Assembly (NCBI GenBank): GCA_005191425.1
Contig: SUPR01000025.1
Location: 1-32,000 of the forward strand
Direction of reading: 5' to 3'
DNA: 32,000 nt
From: Candidatus Helarchaeota ASGARD archaeon Hel_GB_B
GTDB lineage: Archaea; Asgardarchaeota; Lokiarchaeia; Helarchaeales; HEL-GB-B
Below the pieces are notes generated by a model. The model had not been told where the DNA came from, did not search any database, and saw only the letters and a program-made list of their open reading frames with translations. Numbering within the stretch: position 1 is the first letter of the stretch; the number at the start of each line of letters is the position of its first letter. This document shows, piece by piece, positions 1 through 9,921 of this stretch. The position numbers and the translations under genes were made by a program.

Positions 1-2
1 AA

Positions 3-803
3 CTTAAAGAAAAAGGAATTGATATTAAGTTATCTGATAGAAAATCATTAATTACTATGATAAAAAATAAAATATGGCTTATCGGCATAATTTTGGGGTC
101 TTTAGGTGGGCTACCTTATTTTGCTAGTCAAGCATTTATTGGTGTAGCACTTACCCAGCCGTTGCAAGGTACTGGGCTTCTGATGCTTGTAATTGCAGCT
201 GTCTATTATTTAAAAGAGAAATTAAAGAAAGAGGAAATTATCGGTATTGTGATCTTAATTTTAGGGCCGGTATTTTTATCGTTAAGTAATGTTAAAGATA
301 TAAATATAAATTTAGATTTTACAAAGATTAGCTTTATTTCGTCAATTGTTATTTTTTATATTGCATGTATTGCTGGAATTGGAATTACATATTTTATAGC
401 AAGAAAAGAAATTAAACCTGCAATTATGTTGGGGATCAATTCGGGTATCTTTTTTGGGATGGGCGCTATAAGTGCTCAATTAGGCGTGTTTTTTTTAGAG
501 ATGGACGCAGGGCTTATAAGCATACTTGGTGCAATCTTGGGGTTCAGCATGATACTAATTGGTAATACAATTGGGACTCTGATTGTCAATATTGCATTTC
601 AAAAAGGGAAAGCTATAAGAATATTACCAGTTCAAGGAATTGGAAATTTGTTAATACCAGTAATTGGTGGAGTATTTATATTTCTCCAAGCAATTAATAA
701 TCCAATACTCTTTATAATTGGTTTCTTATGTCAATTGGCGGGAGGTATTCTTATAGTTCGATTACAAGCAAAAATTCAAGTTTCAAGTGAAGACAATAAT
801 TAA
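3..803 (+). CDS. DMT/EamA-superfamily membrane transporter (5' partial)
   Basis: The frame stays open upstream of the ORF-track Met at 57 to the window edge (LKEKGIDIKLSDRKSLITM...). Many Gly-rich hydrophobic helices; 'ALTQPLQGTGLLMLV...YYLKEKL...EIIG' and 'AFQKGKAIRILP' look like the two DMT repeats. Confidence 0.7.
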   Translation, partial: LKEKGIDIKLSDRKSLITMIKNKIWLIGIILGSLGGLPYFASQAFIGVALTQPLQGTGLLMLVIAAVYYLKEKLKKEEIIGIVILILGPVFLSLSNVKDININLDFTKISFISSIVIFYIACIAGIGITYFIARKEIKPAIMLGINSGIFFGMGAISAQLGVFFLEMDAGLISILGAILGFSMILIGNTIGTLIVNIAFQKGKAIRILPVQGIGNLLIPVIGGVFIFLQAINNPILFIIGFLCQLAGGILIVRLQAKIQVSSEDNN

Positions 804-875
804 AATCAATAAATTTCATCTAATTTTTGACTAAAGATAAAAAAAAGATTATTATATTTTTTTAATAATTCTACT

Positions 876-2321
876 TTAATCAGAATTCATGTTTTTTTCT
901 TTCAATTCTTTTGCTCGTTTTTCTAATATTTCATGGACATTGTTCATATCATTTTTTACTGTTTTTAGTGCAAGTATCCAGAAAAACCCACAAGGGATCC
1001 AAAATAAAATACCGATTAATAGTGTTAGGTTTAAGTCTAATCTGAATGGATATTTAAACATATAAAAAACATAATTTATTAGAAAACCTCCAAAAAAAGG
1101 CCCAAGTCCTCTTCCAATTGTATCGAATGTATTACTTACACCCATTACTGTTCCTCTGTGTTCGGGTAAATTTACATCTGCAGTTGCAGCATACCAAGTA
1201 GCACCACATCCGCCCGCAATAATCGACCCTATAAATGCCAACAAAAAGATTATGGACAAATTTAAATTATTAGAAAATTCGTTTATCAATGCTTGAATTA
1301 TTACTAATGTATCTGTAGAATTTGGAATTTTAGTAACCACATTAAATGGAATCATTACAGCTATAGCAATTAATGGTACTCCCCCAAAAACAGATATTGT
1401 CGATAGTAAGACTCGACCATCAATTCGACGCTTATGGATCTTATCACCAAAATACCCAAATATAAAATTTCCAATTGCTGCTCCTGCCATAAATAACCCG
1501 CCCAATATTGCACCTATTATCGCATAAACACTTGCACTAATTCCTGTAAGGCTAAATTTGTATGAAAAATAATATGGAAGCCACGCTTGAGAAACTCCCC
1601 AAGGTATACACCCAAATATCCCTTGAATTATCATCCATCGGTTTGTTTTATTAGTCCAGACAATTCGAAGCCCTTTTCTATTTATTCTATATGAGTAATG
1701 TAGCTCTTTTATATCTTTAAATTCGCGTTCAGAACGTGCTCGTTCAGGTTCTTTTAGAAATAGAAAAATAAAAGAAAAAATAAATCCCGGAATTGAAATC
1801 ATTAAGAATGGCGTCCTCCATTCTATTGAAAATGTAGATACAATATAACCAACCCCACCACCAAATCCTAAAGCAACACCCCATAATGCAAATGTTATAG
1901 ACCTTTTTTCAGGTGAAATTAAATCTGATATAATACTAAACCCAATCGGTAGGACACATCCCAGTCCAATTCCTGTTAATGCTCTAAAAATTAATAGTTG
2001 CATATAATTTATTGAAAAAAATGTCATGAATGAAAAAATCGACCAAATGATGCTACTAAAAAACATTGCATATTTTCTTGCAACTTTGTCTGCATAATAA
2101 CCCCAAAAAACCATAAATGCCCCGGATACTAAAGTTGTAATAGTAGTAACTAGCCCTACTTCAGTCTCAGAGATTCCAAATTCCAATTGTATAAGCGAAT
2201 ATTTTGGTATCAACAAGCTCTGATCTGCAAAATTTAATAAAACAAGTATAAAAAATACAATAATCATTAGGAACTCTAAATTCTTAAAGGATTTTTTTAT
2301 TTTTTTCACATTTTCAGTCAT
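876..2321 (-). CDS. Major facilitator superfamily (MFS) transporter, substrate unknown
   Basis: 481 aa with about 12 hydrophobic segments; MFS motif A-like 'GYYADKVARK' and its repeat 'GYFGDKIHKR'; 'RALTGIGLG', 'DLISPEKR', 'KEPER'. Confidence 0.9.
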   Translation of the reverse strand: MTENVKKIKKSFKNLEFLMIIVFFILVLLNFADQSLLIPKYSLIQLEFGISETEVGLVTTITTLVSGAFMVFWGYYADKVARKYAMFFSSIIWSIFSFMTFFSINYMQLLIFRALTGIGLGCVLPIGFSIISDLISPEKRSITFALWGVALGFGGGVGYIVSTFSIEWRTPFLMISIPGFIFSFIFLFLKEPERARSEREFKDIKELHYSYRINRKGLRIVWTNKTNRWMIIQGIFGCIPWGVSQAWLPYYFSYKFSLTGISASVYAIIGAILGGLFMAGAAIGNFIFGYFGDKIHKRRIDGRVLLSTISVFGGVPLIAIAVMIPFNVVTKIPNSTDTLVIIQALINEFSNNLNLSIIFLLAFIGSIIAGGCGATWYAATADVNLPEHRGTVMGVSNTFDTIGRGLGPFFGGFLINYVFYMFKYPFRLDLNLTLLIGILFWIPCGFFWILALKTVKNDMNNVHEILEKRAKELKEKNMNSD

Positions 2322-3020
2322 AACACTTCATATGGAATAACTTGTTTGTATTTTTAAAAATTTGTATTCATTTATTTATCAATTTACTGATTCTTTTAAC
2401 TGGAATCTTTTGAGCGTATTTGTATAAAATTTGGTAATTACATTTTATGACTATAAAACAATGTAAATTTTACAATTCAATGTTTTTAATTATTCTGCTA
2501 AAATCAAAAAAGTTGAGAATATTTAAAATATATAAATCATCAACACAGAGATTTAATTTTAGTAAAAAAGTATTAATTGGATTCTTTTAACCCACTTGAA
2601 TTTATTTTTTTAAATTTCATTTTTTTATTTGATTTTCATTGAGAATTCTAAACTTTACAACAAAAAAATAAGTGATTTGCTTATAATAAATGAATTGAAA
2701 AATAGCGTTAGAATTTTAACCAATTATCTTGCTTGTTATTTTAAAGAAGTTGCTTTATTATCTCTTTTAATTGACAATAGTTGTAATGTTATCTTTAAAT
2801 TATTTAATATTTTGTAATCTGTATTCAGAAATCGTATATTTGAAATTCTCAATTTTCCATTTATTTTTCAAATTATCTTATATTCTCTCTTTTAAACCTA
2901 CTCTTTAGCATTCATTTTAACTTCATTCACAATTTATATCCCACGTTTAGCAGAATTTAAATAAATTCAATGTTAAGTTTATAATTAAAAAGATGAGTGA
3001 TTAAACTCAAAATATTTTAA

Positions 3021-4667
3021 ATGACTGTGAAAAAAATGATTACCAAATTAGTGTTACCAAAACTTGGATGGACAATGGAAGAAGGCAAAATAATAAAATG
3101 GCTGAAACAAGAAGGTTCAGAGATAAAGAAACGAGAACCCATTTTAATGATTGAAACTGACAAAGTTTCCTTAGAAATTGAATCGCCAATTGATGGATTT
3201 TTGCGAAAAATTATAATTCAAGAAAATCAGACTGTACCTGTTGGAACTGTAATAGCTATATTATCTGATAATTTAGAAGAAAAAATACCTCAAGATATTG
3301 AAAGTCTAAAAGAAGTAATTGAAGTTTCAGTACCTAAAAAGGAGGAAACCCTTGAAACTATACCTGATCAAGAATTACAGACCCAAAATCAAATCGTCAA
3401 TAGAATTATTGCGTCACCAAGGGCTAAAAAATTGGCGAGAGAACATAATATAAATTTAGCATTATTAAAAGGTACTGGCCCAAATGGTAGAATTATTGAG
3501 AGAGATGTTATTAATTTCTTAAATCAAGAAATTTCTCCGCAAATTAAAAGTAAAACAATTCCTCTTGAAGGGATTAGAAAAATAATTGCAAAAAAGATGC
3601 ATTATAGTCTTAATGAAATTCCACAACTTACATATACTTCTGAAATAGATATGTCTGAAGCTATCAAAATCAGAAAATATCTTATTGATTTATATTCAAG
3701 TGAAAATGTCAAGATCACTTTAACTGATATTATTATTAAAGCAGTAATTGAAGCAATAAAAAAATATCCTATTTTTAATTCAGTTTTAGATGAAAATAAA
3801 ATTGTAATAAAAGATGTAATAAACTTAGGAGTTGCAGTTTCTACTGATAGGGGTCTCATAGTCCCTGTTATTCATAATGCCAGTTCAAAATCAATAAAAG
3901 AAATATCAATGTCAGTAAGAGTATTAGCCAATAAAGCTAGAAATAATACCTTAAATTTAGATGATGTTTCTGGCGGAACATTTACAATTTCAAATCTAGG
4001 AATGTTTGGAATAGAAATATTTACTCCTATTATTAATCCTCCCGAATCCGCAATTTTAGGAGTAGGTAAAATTATTGACAAACCAATAATAAAAGAAGGA
4101 CGGTTAAAAATTTGTCCAATGATGGTGCTTAGTTTAACACATGACCATAGAATTATGGACGGGGTTGATGCTGCTAAATTTTTACAAGAAATTAAAATGC
4201 TTTTAGAGGACCCATATTCCTTATTTAAACTTGAAAAACCAAAAAGTGCCCAAAAGGAAAAAATAATGGCAGAAACAAATAGTTTAAAAAGTCCTAAAGA
4301 AAAAGGAGCCTTAAAATTCGTTGAAATGCTAGAAAAAAGAGGTATGAATATTTTAGGGTATAAACCAAACCAAATGAACTTAATTGGGCAACATAATCCA
4401 CAATTAATTGCTAATTTTGCAAGGTTACATAGGGATGCAATGCAAGAAGGTGCTTTATCTACAAAAACTAAAGCATTAATTGCATTAGCAATAGCAGTAA
4501 TTGTCGGTTGTGAATCTTGTATGAAATGGCATCTAGTAGAAGCAATAGAAGCAGGGGCAACTAATGAGGAAATTTCAGAAACTCTTGGAGTCACAATTTA
4601 TATGGGCGGTGGGCCAGCGTTAATGCATGCCGAAACAATTGCTGATAAACTTGAAGAATTACGTTAA
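3021..4667 (+). CDS. 2-oxoacid/acetoin dehydrogenase E2 (dihydrolipoamide acyltransferase) fused to a C-terminal CMD/AhpD-like CxxC domain
   Basis: Lipoyl domain 'PKLGWTMEEG...ETDK48VSLEIESP', E3-binding domain 'ASPRAKKLARE...GTGPNGRI', catalytic 'TISNLG...PIINPP...DHRIMDG'. The frame continues with no stop into 'GALSTKTKALIALAIAVIVGC497ESC500MKWH...GAT.EEI.E...YMGGGP'. Confidence 0.9.
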   Translation: MTVKKMITKLVLPKLGWTMEEGKIIKWLKQEGSEIKKREPILMIETDKVSLEIESPIDGFLRKIIIQENQTVPVGTVIAILSDNLEEKIPQDIESLKEVIEVSVPKKEETLETIPDQELQTQNQIVNRIIASPRAKKLAREHNINLALLKGTGPNGRIIERDVINFLNQEISPQIKSKTIPLEGIRKIIAKKMHYSLNEIPQLTYTSEIDMSEAIKIRKYLIDLYSSENVKITLTDIIIKAVIEAIKKYPIFNSVLDENKIVIKDVINLGVAVSTDRGLIVPVIHNASSKSIKEISMSVRVLANKARNNTLNLDDVSGGTFTISNLGMFGIEIFTPIINPPESAILGVGKIIDKPIIKEGRLKICPMMVLSLTHDHRIMDGVDAAKFLQEIKMLLEDPYSLFKLEKPKSAQKEKIMAETNSLKSPKEKGALKFVEMLEKRGMNILGYKPNQMNLIGQHNPQLIANFARLHRDAMQEGALSTKTKALIALAIAVIVGCESCMKWHLVEAIEAGATNEEISETLGVTIYMGGGPALMHAETIADKLEELR

Positions 4668-4694
4668 AAAATAAATCTTTTATTGTGTAAAGTA

Positions 4695-5549
4695 ATGAAT
4701 AAAAAACCTGATTGGATTATCAGAAAAGCTCCACGACCTGAAATTTTATTGGAAATGAATAAATTATTTAGAAATTTAAAGATTCATACAATTTGTGAAA
4801 ATGCATTATGTCCGAATATTGGTATATGTTTTGAGAAAAAAGTTGCTACTTTTTTAATTTTAGGCAATATTTGTTCAAGGAATTGTAGATTTTGTGGAGT
4901 TCAAAAGGGAAGACCTACTCCTGTTGATAATAAAGAACCTGAACATGTTGCAGATGCTGTCCAAAAATTAAAGTTAAGACATGTAGTTATAACTTCAGTA
5001 ACTCGAGACGACCTGCCAGATTTTGGAGTTGACCAATTTATTAAAACAATAAATGCGATTCGTAATAATAACAGAAAAATAACAATTGAGGTACTAATCC
5101 CGGATTTTCAAGGATCTGAATTTTGTCTGGATAAAATTATTAAAATTAGACCTGAAATAATTGGTCATAATATTGAAACTATCCCTAAATTATATCATAA
5201 AATCAGACCAAAAGCCGATTTTTACCGCTCAATTGGGATTCTCCAGTACCTGAATGATAATAGAATTAATTATCTTATTAAATCTGGTCTAATGATTGGA
5301 CTTGGCGAAACTAAAGAAGAGATCTTCCAAACTATGGAGATTATTTCAAAAACTGGGTGTGATATTTTAACTATAGGACAATATTTACAACCTTCAAAAA
5401 AGCAAGTAGAAGTAGAAAAATATTATGAACCCAAATTTTTTGATGAATTAAAAGATCATGGAACTTCAATTGGATTTAAATATGTCTATTCAGGTCCTTT
5501 TGTCAGAAGCTCTTTTAATGCAGACGAAATTTTTAAAATTTTAAAGTAA
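4695..5549 (+). CDS. lipA: Lipoyl synthase (radical SAM)
   Basis: CX4CX5C 'CENALCPNIGIC', radical SAM CX3CX2C 'CSRNCRFC', 'TSVTRDDLPD', 'HNIET', 'GQYLQP', C-terminal 'VRSSF'. ATG at 4695 is preferred over TTG at 4683. Confidence 0.95.
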   Translation: MNKKPDWIIRKAPRPEILLEMNKLFRNLKIHTICENALCPNIGICFEKKVATFLILGNICSRNCRFCGVQKGRPTPVDNKEPEHVADAVQKLKLRHVVITSVTRDDLPDFGVDQFIKTINAIRNNNRKITIEVLIPDFQGSEFCLDKIIKIRPEIIGHNIETIPKLYHKIRPKADFYRSIGILQYLNDNRINYLIKSGLMIGLGETKEEIFQTMEIISKTGCDILTIGQYLQPSKKQVEVEKYYEPKFFDELKDHGTSIGFKYVYSGPFVRSSFNADEIFKILK

Positions 5550-5571
5550 ATAAGCAGATCAATGAGTATGA

Positions 5572-6597
5572 TTAACAAACTCTAGGAATTGGCTCACCTC
5601 GTGGGGTTTCAATTATTCTTTTACCGCCAATCGAGGTATTTAGAATTACATAACCGGGCTTTTCTGCTTTAACTTCACCGATAATCTCTGCATTTTTTCC
5701 ATATTTAGTTTTTTTTATTAGCGATAAAGTTTCTTCTGCTAAATCTTTTTCTACTCCCATAACTACTTTACCTTCATTTGCGATGGCTAATGGATCAAAA
5801 CCTAGCATTTCACATGCAGCTATTACCGGCGCTTTAATCGGGACTTTGTCTTCATCAATCCAAATACTTACATTTGACTTCTGAGCAAATTCATTTAAAA
5901 GTCCAGCAACTCCTCCTCTTGTTGGGTCCTTCATGGCTTTTATACCACCCGGTTTCATAGCAGCTTCTATTGTTTCGTGTAAAGGGGCACAATCTGAAAC
6001 TAATTGTGTCTCAAAACCTAAACCTTCTCGCTTTGAAAGTAGCGCTATCCCATGATCTCCAATTGAACCATTAATTATTATCTTATTACCTGGTTTCAGG
6101 CCATTATCCGTAATAACTGAACCTTTTTTTACAATACCAACTCCTGTAGTTGAAATTATCATACCATCAAGTGTCCCATTGGGCATAACCTTCGTATCTC
6201 CTGCAATAAGCGCCACATTTGCCTCAACTAATATTTGGTTCATAGAATTTAATATCTTTTTAAAATTATTCATTAAAAAACCCTCTTCCATTATAATTGC
6301 CGATGTTATGGCGACTGGCTTGGCGCCCATCACTGCGACATCATTAATTGTCCCGCAAACCGCTAACTTTCCAAGATCTCCACCCGGAAAAAAAAGCGGC
6401 GTTATTGTATGTGCATCGGTTGAAACAACAACTTCATAATCCTGAACTGGAATTGTCGCCCCATCATCTAGAGCTTCAAGTCCAATACCACCTTTTACAA
6501 TTTTATTTTTAAAAGTGGGTACGATAATCTCATCCAATAATTGTTGCGTTAACTTTCCACCAGCTCCATGAGCCAACTCTATCTTATCAAATTCCAT
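5572..6597 (-). CDS. hypE: [NiFe]-hydrogenase maturation protein HypE (carbamoyl dehydratase)
   Basis: N-terminal 'LAHGAGG', 'GGDLGKLAVCGTINDVAV', 'GDTKV', 'KDPTRGG', 'ANEGK' and the diagnostic C-terminal 'PRVC'. Confidence 0.97.
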   Translation of the reverse strand: MEFDKIELAHGAGGKLTQQLLDEIIVPTFKNKIVKGGIGLEALDDGATIPVQDYEVVVSTDAHTITPLFFPGGDLGKLAVCGTINDVAVMGAKPVAITSAIIMEEGFLMNNFKKILNSMNQILVEANVALIAGDTKVMPNGTLDGMIISTTGVGIVKKGSVITDNGLKPGNKIIINGSIGDHGIALLSKREGLGFETQLVSDCAPLHETIEAAMKPGGIKAMKDPTRGGVAGLLNEFAQKSNVSIWIDEDKVPIKAPVIAACEMLGFDPLAIANEGKVVMGVEKDLAEETLSLIKKTKYGKNAEIIGEVKAEKPGYVILNTSIGGKRIIETPRGEPIPRVC

Positions 6598-7039
6598 ATA
6601 TGTCAGACCTTAAAATCATAAAAAATCAATTAAAATGAAAATAATATAGAAGAATTAGAATAAAAACTTTTTATCCAGTTTTATTATTTTTTGAAATTAA
6701 TATTAATTAAAGAATTTTATAGCAATTAAGTTGTAATTTAAAAAGAATTATGATTGACAAATCATTATATTAATTATTTTTACTCGTGAAATCTCTTTTT
6801 AAGTTAATAAATTAATAACTCTTAATATTTTACTAAAAATATAAATTATGTTCGATATTCAAATATAAACTTTAAAATATCCTCAATAATTTATGCCAAA
6901 TTTCTGCTTTTTTAATGGTAACTTTAAATATTATATTATATTTTATTTGACTTTAAATAAAATTTATAAAATGAATTTATTAATATCTCTATTACAAAAA
7001 AGTAATAACAATTATTGAAATTATCTTGGTGAATTTAAT

Positions 7040-7927
7040 TTGGTTAAAAAACAATTCTATTTACTTATTCTGTGCTTTATTCTTATAATTACATTATTTA
7101 TTTCAATAATTGTTCTTGGAATAATTTCTGATATATCTCATCTGCCACTTATTCCTATACAATATATTTTTGATTTTATAAAAATTTTACCAGGACCTAT
7201 TTATACTGATATTTTTTTATTATTTTTCATCTCTATTGGCTTTTACTTTTTAAATCATCTGCTTTATCCCTATTATATTAAAATATGGTATTATTTTCAT
7301 AAAATTTATAGAAGAAAATCAAAATACGGATTTATGGTGATTGGAAAAAAGGTATCCTTTTATAAACTCTTTATAAGAGCATTTTATATGGGATTATTCG
7401 CGTTTAGCATTACAACACTCATTTCAAGTTTCTCGGGGGACTATTTTTTCAGGGCTGGTTTACCATTGCCTGGTCTATCAGCTCTTTTCGTTTGTGAAGA
7501 TATTTTTCTAGGGACATTTCTAATTTGTCCAATTACTATTCTTATTTTCTTTCCTATTTTTCAAATGGAGGATTCAGGTTTTATAACATACAGACATCTG
7601 CCCAATTATATGCGGACTCCAGAAATTGAGGGTGTTCATGCTCTTTTATATAGATTATTGAAAGGTTATTCCGGACTTTCAACTATAATTACATTGATAT
7701 ACTATATTTACGCCGCTTTTGAAGCTGTAGACTGGAATTTCGGTAACCCTGCAATTCTAACTCCATTAATATTGATCGGGCTACCGTTTCTTATGATTGG
7801 TCTGTTATTTATTCCTTTTTTGCTTTATGATAAATATATTGAAAAAAATTCAGAACGATTACGCAAGAAATTTAAAAAACTTCCCTCAGTTATTGTCCCA
7901 AATTTTGATGATATCATTAGCAAATAA
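7040..7927 (+). CDS. Multi-pass membrane protein of unknown function
   Basis: 295-aa ORF with TTG start behind 'ggtga'; about 6-7 hydrophobic segments; no motif recognised. Confidence 0.75.
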   Translation: MVKKQFYLLILCFILIITLFISIIVLGIISDISHLPLIPIQYIFDFIKILPGPIYTDIFLLFFISIGFYFLNHLLYPYYIKIWYYFHKIYRRKSKYGFMVIGKKVSFYKLFIRAFYMGLFAFSITTLISSFSGDYFFRAGLPLPGLSALFVCEDIFLGTFLICPITILIFFPIFQMEDSGFITYRHLPNYMRTPEIEGVHALLYRLLKGYSGLSTIITLIYYIYAAFEAVDWNFGNPAILTPLILIGLPFLMIGLLFIPFLLYDKYIEKNSERLRKKFKKLPSVIVPNFDDIISK

Positions 7928-8175
7928 AACTACAAGTATAAAAACAAACGGATTAATAATAAAAGTTAATATCATAACTGGAATAAGTATTAAACGTCTA
8001 AAAGAGTCAAATATAAAAACTAATAATTTGTATGTCTTTAGAATAAATTTTTTAAAGTAAACGAATAAGAATAATCATTAACTTTTTATATGATTTTTCA
8101 ATTCACATAATAATAAATAATTAAATATAATTTACAAAATATACAAAATAAATAGAACAAGATATGGTGTAATAA

Positions 8176-8559
8176 ATGTCATATTGGCAAGGTAGATCAA
8201 AAAGAAAACCAAGTGGCGGTCGTTTAAAAAAACGGTGCAAGAAAAGAAAATATGAAATGGGCAATCCACCTACAGAAACTATTATTGGCCCACCTACTAA
8301 AAAATTTGTACGTGGTAGAAGTGGTATCATAAAGATTAGGCTAAAAAAAATTGATACAGCAAATGTAACCGATAAAAATACTGGAGTCACAAAAAAGGTC
8401 AAAATTTTAAAAGTTATCGAAAATCCAGCCAATGTCGAGTATACAAGAAGAAGAATAATAACAAAAGGTGCAATAATTGAAACTGAATTAGGCATAGCAA
8501 AAGTAACAAGTAAAATAAATCAAGTAGGTATAGTCAACGCCGTGCTAATTAATGAATAA
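8176..8559 (+). CDS. rps8e: 30S ribosomal protein S8e
   Basis: 'WQGRSKRKPSGGR...KRKYEMG', 'ENPAN..YTRR.IITKGAIIETELG.AKVTS...Q.G.VNAVLI'. Confidence 0.97.
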   Translation: MSYWQGRSKRKPSGGRLKKRCKKRKYEMGNPPTETIIGPPTKKFVRGRSGIIKIRLKKIDTANVTDKNTGVTKKVKILKVIENPANVEYTRRRIITKGAIIETELGIAKVTSKINQVGIVNAVLINE

Positions 8560-8595
8560 TTGAATATAGTTAAAAAATATTTAATATAGAAATGT

Positions 8596-8973
8596 TTATG
8601 TTTCGACCCTGATATTTTTAATATTTAATTCGTGTCCTCCTATTATTTCTAAATCTCTTTCTCCACATTTTGGACACTGCGATAGACTTAATTCCATCAT
8701 CAATGTATCTCCTGAAGATTCTAAATTTAATACGCCTTTATATTTACATTTAGGGCAGAAAACTTTTGCATTTACATGTGTAATTCTAATGTTTGCTCCC
8801 TCAGCGATTGTTCCCTTAGATGCAATATCAAACGAAAATTTAAGTTGTTCTGGTACCAAAAATGTCAAATCTCCAATTTCTAAGTGCACTTCTGTTATTT
8901 TTTTTGCACCATTTTGTAAGCCTACTCTAGTAATTGTCCTAACAATTTGTTGAGCTGTAGCAAATTCATGCAT
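8596..8973 (-). CDS. hypA: Hydrogenase nickel metallochaperone HypA
   Basis: N-terminal Ni-binding 'MHE', two CxxC (CPKC, CPKCG), 'IIGGHEL.I..I.VE'. Confidence 0.95.
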   Translation of the reverse strand: MHEFATAQQIVRTITRVGLQNGAKKITEVHLEIGDLTFLVPEQLKFSFDIASKGTIAEGANIRITHVNAKVFCPKCKYKGVLNLESSGDTLMMELSLSQCPKCGERDLEIIGGHELNIKNIRVET

Positions 8974-9202
8974 ATTAATCAGTTAATTTCATTTATAATT
9001 TAAAGAAAAACTTTTGGGCTAAATTTTATATGGATAAAATTAAATTTACTTAATAAATTAATCTCGTCAATTAATTATAATCCAGCCCAATAAATAATAT
9101 TTAGGCAAATAATTCATAAAATATTGATCAAATGAAATCAAAGTAATTGAAGTTATACTGGACATTTTTACTTAAATTACTTGATATATTTCCCATAAAA
9201 AT

Positions 9203-9517
9203 ATGATAAAAATGAAAAATAAAGGATTTTATATTATATGGCCCCAATATTTTGATTCAAGGCTTACTAGAAAAGAGGGCAGGAGAGTAAATAAGAAATC
9301 TCTTGCTGTAAAAAAGCCTAATATAAAAGATCTCATAGAAGCAGCACAATCTCTAGGCTTTGAATTTAAAATTAATCCTGAAGCTTTATATCCCCGCTTC
9401 TGGTACATGGGTAATTCAGGATATCTATTAATAAAAATTGATAAAAATTATAATAAAACTGATATAATAAAAAAAATTGCTTTAAAATTAAAAAAATTAA
9501 AGAAAAAAGAACGATGA
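9203..9517 (+). CDS. srp19: Signal recognition particle protein SRP19
   Basis: 'IIWPQYFDSRLTRKEGRRV...LAV..P.IKDLIEAAQSLG...YPR.W...G'. The start may be the later ATG (MKNKGF). Confidence 0.92.
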   Translation: MIKMKNKGFYIIWPQYFDSRLTRKEGRRVNKKSLAVKKPNIKDLIEAAQSLGFEFKINPEALYPRFWYMGNSGYLLIKIDKNYNKTDIIKKIALKLKKLKKKER

Positions 9518-9524
9518 CCTTTTA

Positions 9525-9561
9525 ATTAATTAGAAAGATTTTAATTTTTTTTCTAATTAAT
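9525..9561. terminator. Inverted repeat followed/flanked by T-tracts downstream of srp19 (possible terminator hairpin)
   Basis: Arms attaattagaaa (9525-9536) and tttctaattaat (9550-9561) with a 13-nt loop, starting 8 nt after the srp19 stop. AT-only apart from one G:C pair, so it may be chance. Confidence 0.3.
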
Positions 9562-9630
9562 CCTCTAGCTTTATATTAAATCAATATAATAATAAAATTT
9601 TAAATATTTTGGAGTGTTTAATAATTAAAT

Positions 9631-9921
9631 ATGGGTTCAGATATTTTAAAAAAAAGAAATTATTCCCGAAATGAACTATTTTTAATTAGAAAAGAAAAAT
9701 TAATATCTGCAATTATATCAGCAAAAAAAATACTAAAGGCTTCAGAACCACTTGAGATAGCAGATGAATTTTTTCATAATAGTTTTAAATTAATGGAGAA
9801 AATATATCACATTAAATATCCAAATATGAATCAAGAAGAAATCCAACAAATAATAAAGAATAATTTACAACTATCGTATAGACTTAAGCACTTAAGAAAA
9901 CGAGGGATAAATTCATGGTAG
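9631..9921 (+). CDS. Small helical hypothetical protein, putative antitoxin/partner of the downstream nucleotidyltransferase
   Basis: 96-aa ORF whose stop overlaps the next gene's ATG by 7 nt (ATGGTAG). Confidence 0.6.
   Translation: MGSDILKKRNYSRNELFLIRKEKLISAIISAKKILKASEPLEIADEFFHNSFKLMEKIYHIKYPNMNQEEIQQIIKNNLQLSYRLKHLRKRGINSW

Noticed and set aside
2629-2817. 62-aa ORF in the MFS/E2 intergenic region
   Set aside because: TTG start without SD, composition like the surrounding AT-rich non-coding DNA, no motif; other frames here are also closed.
3602-4594. Long antisense ORFs (85 and 240 aa) opposite the E2-CMD gene
   Set aside because: Shadow frames of a well-supported gene; Ser/Ile/Phe-rich with no motifs.
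8121-8495. 124-aa antisense ORF over rps8e
   Set aside because: Fully explained as the reverse frame of a conserved ribosomal protein gene.
5572-8973. hypE and hypA as a hydrogenase operon
   Set aside because: They are separated by unrelated genes, and no hydrogenase structural or other hyp genes are present; dispersed maturation genes are ordinary in archaea.
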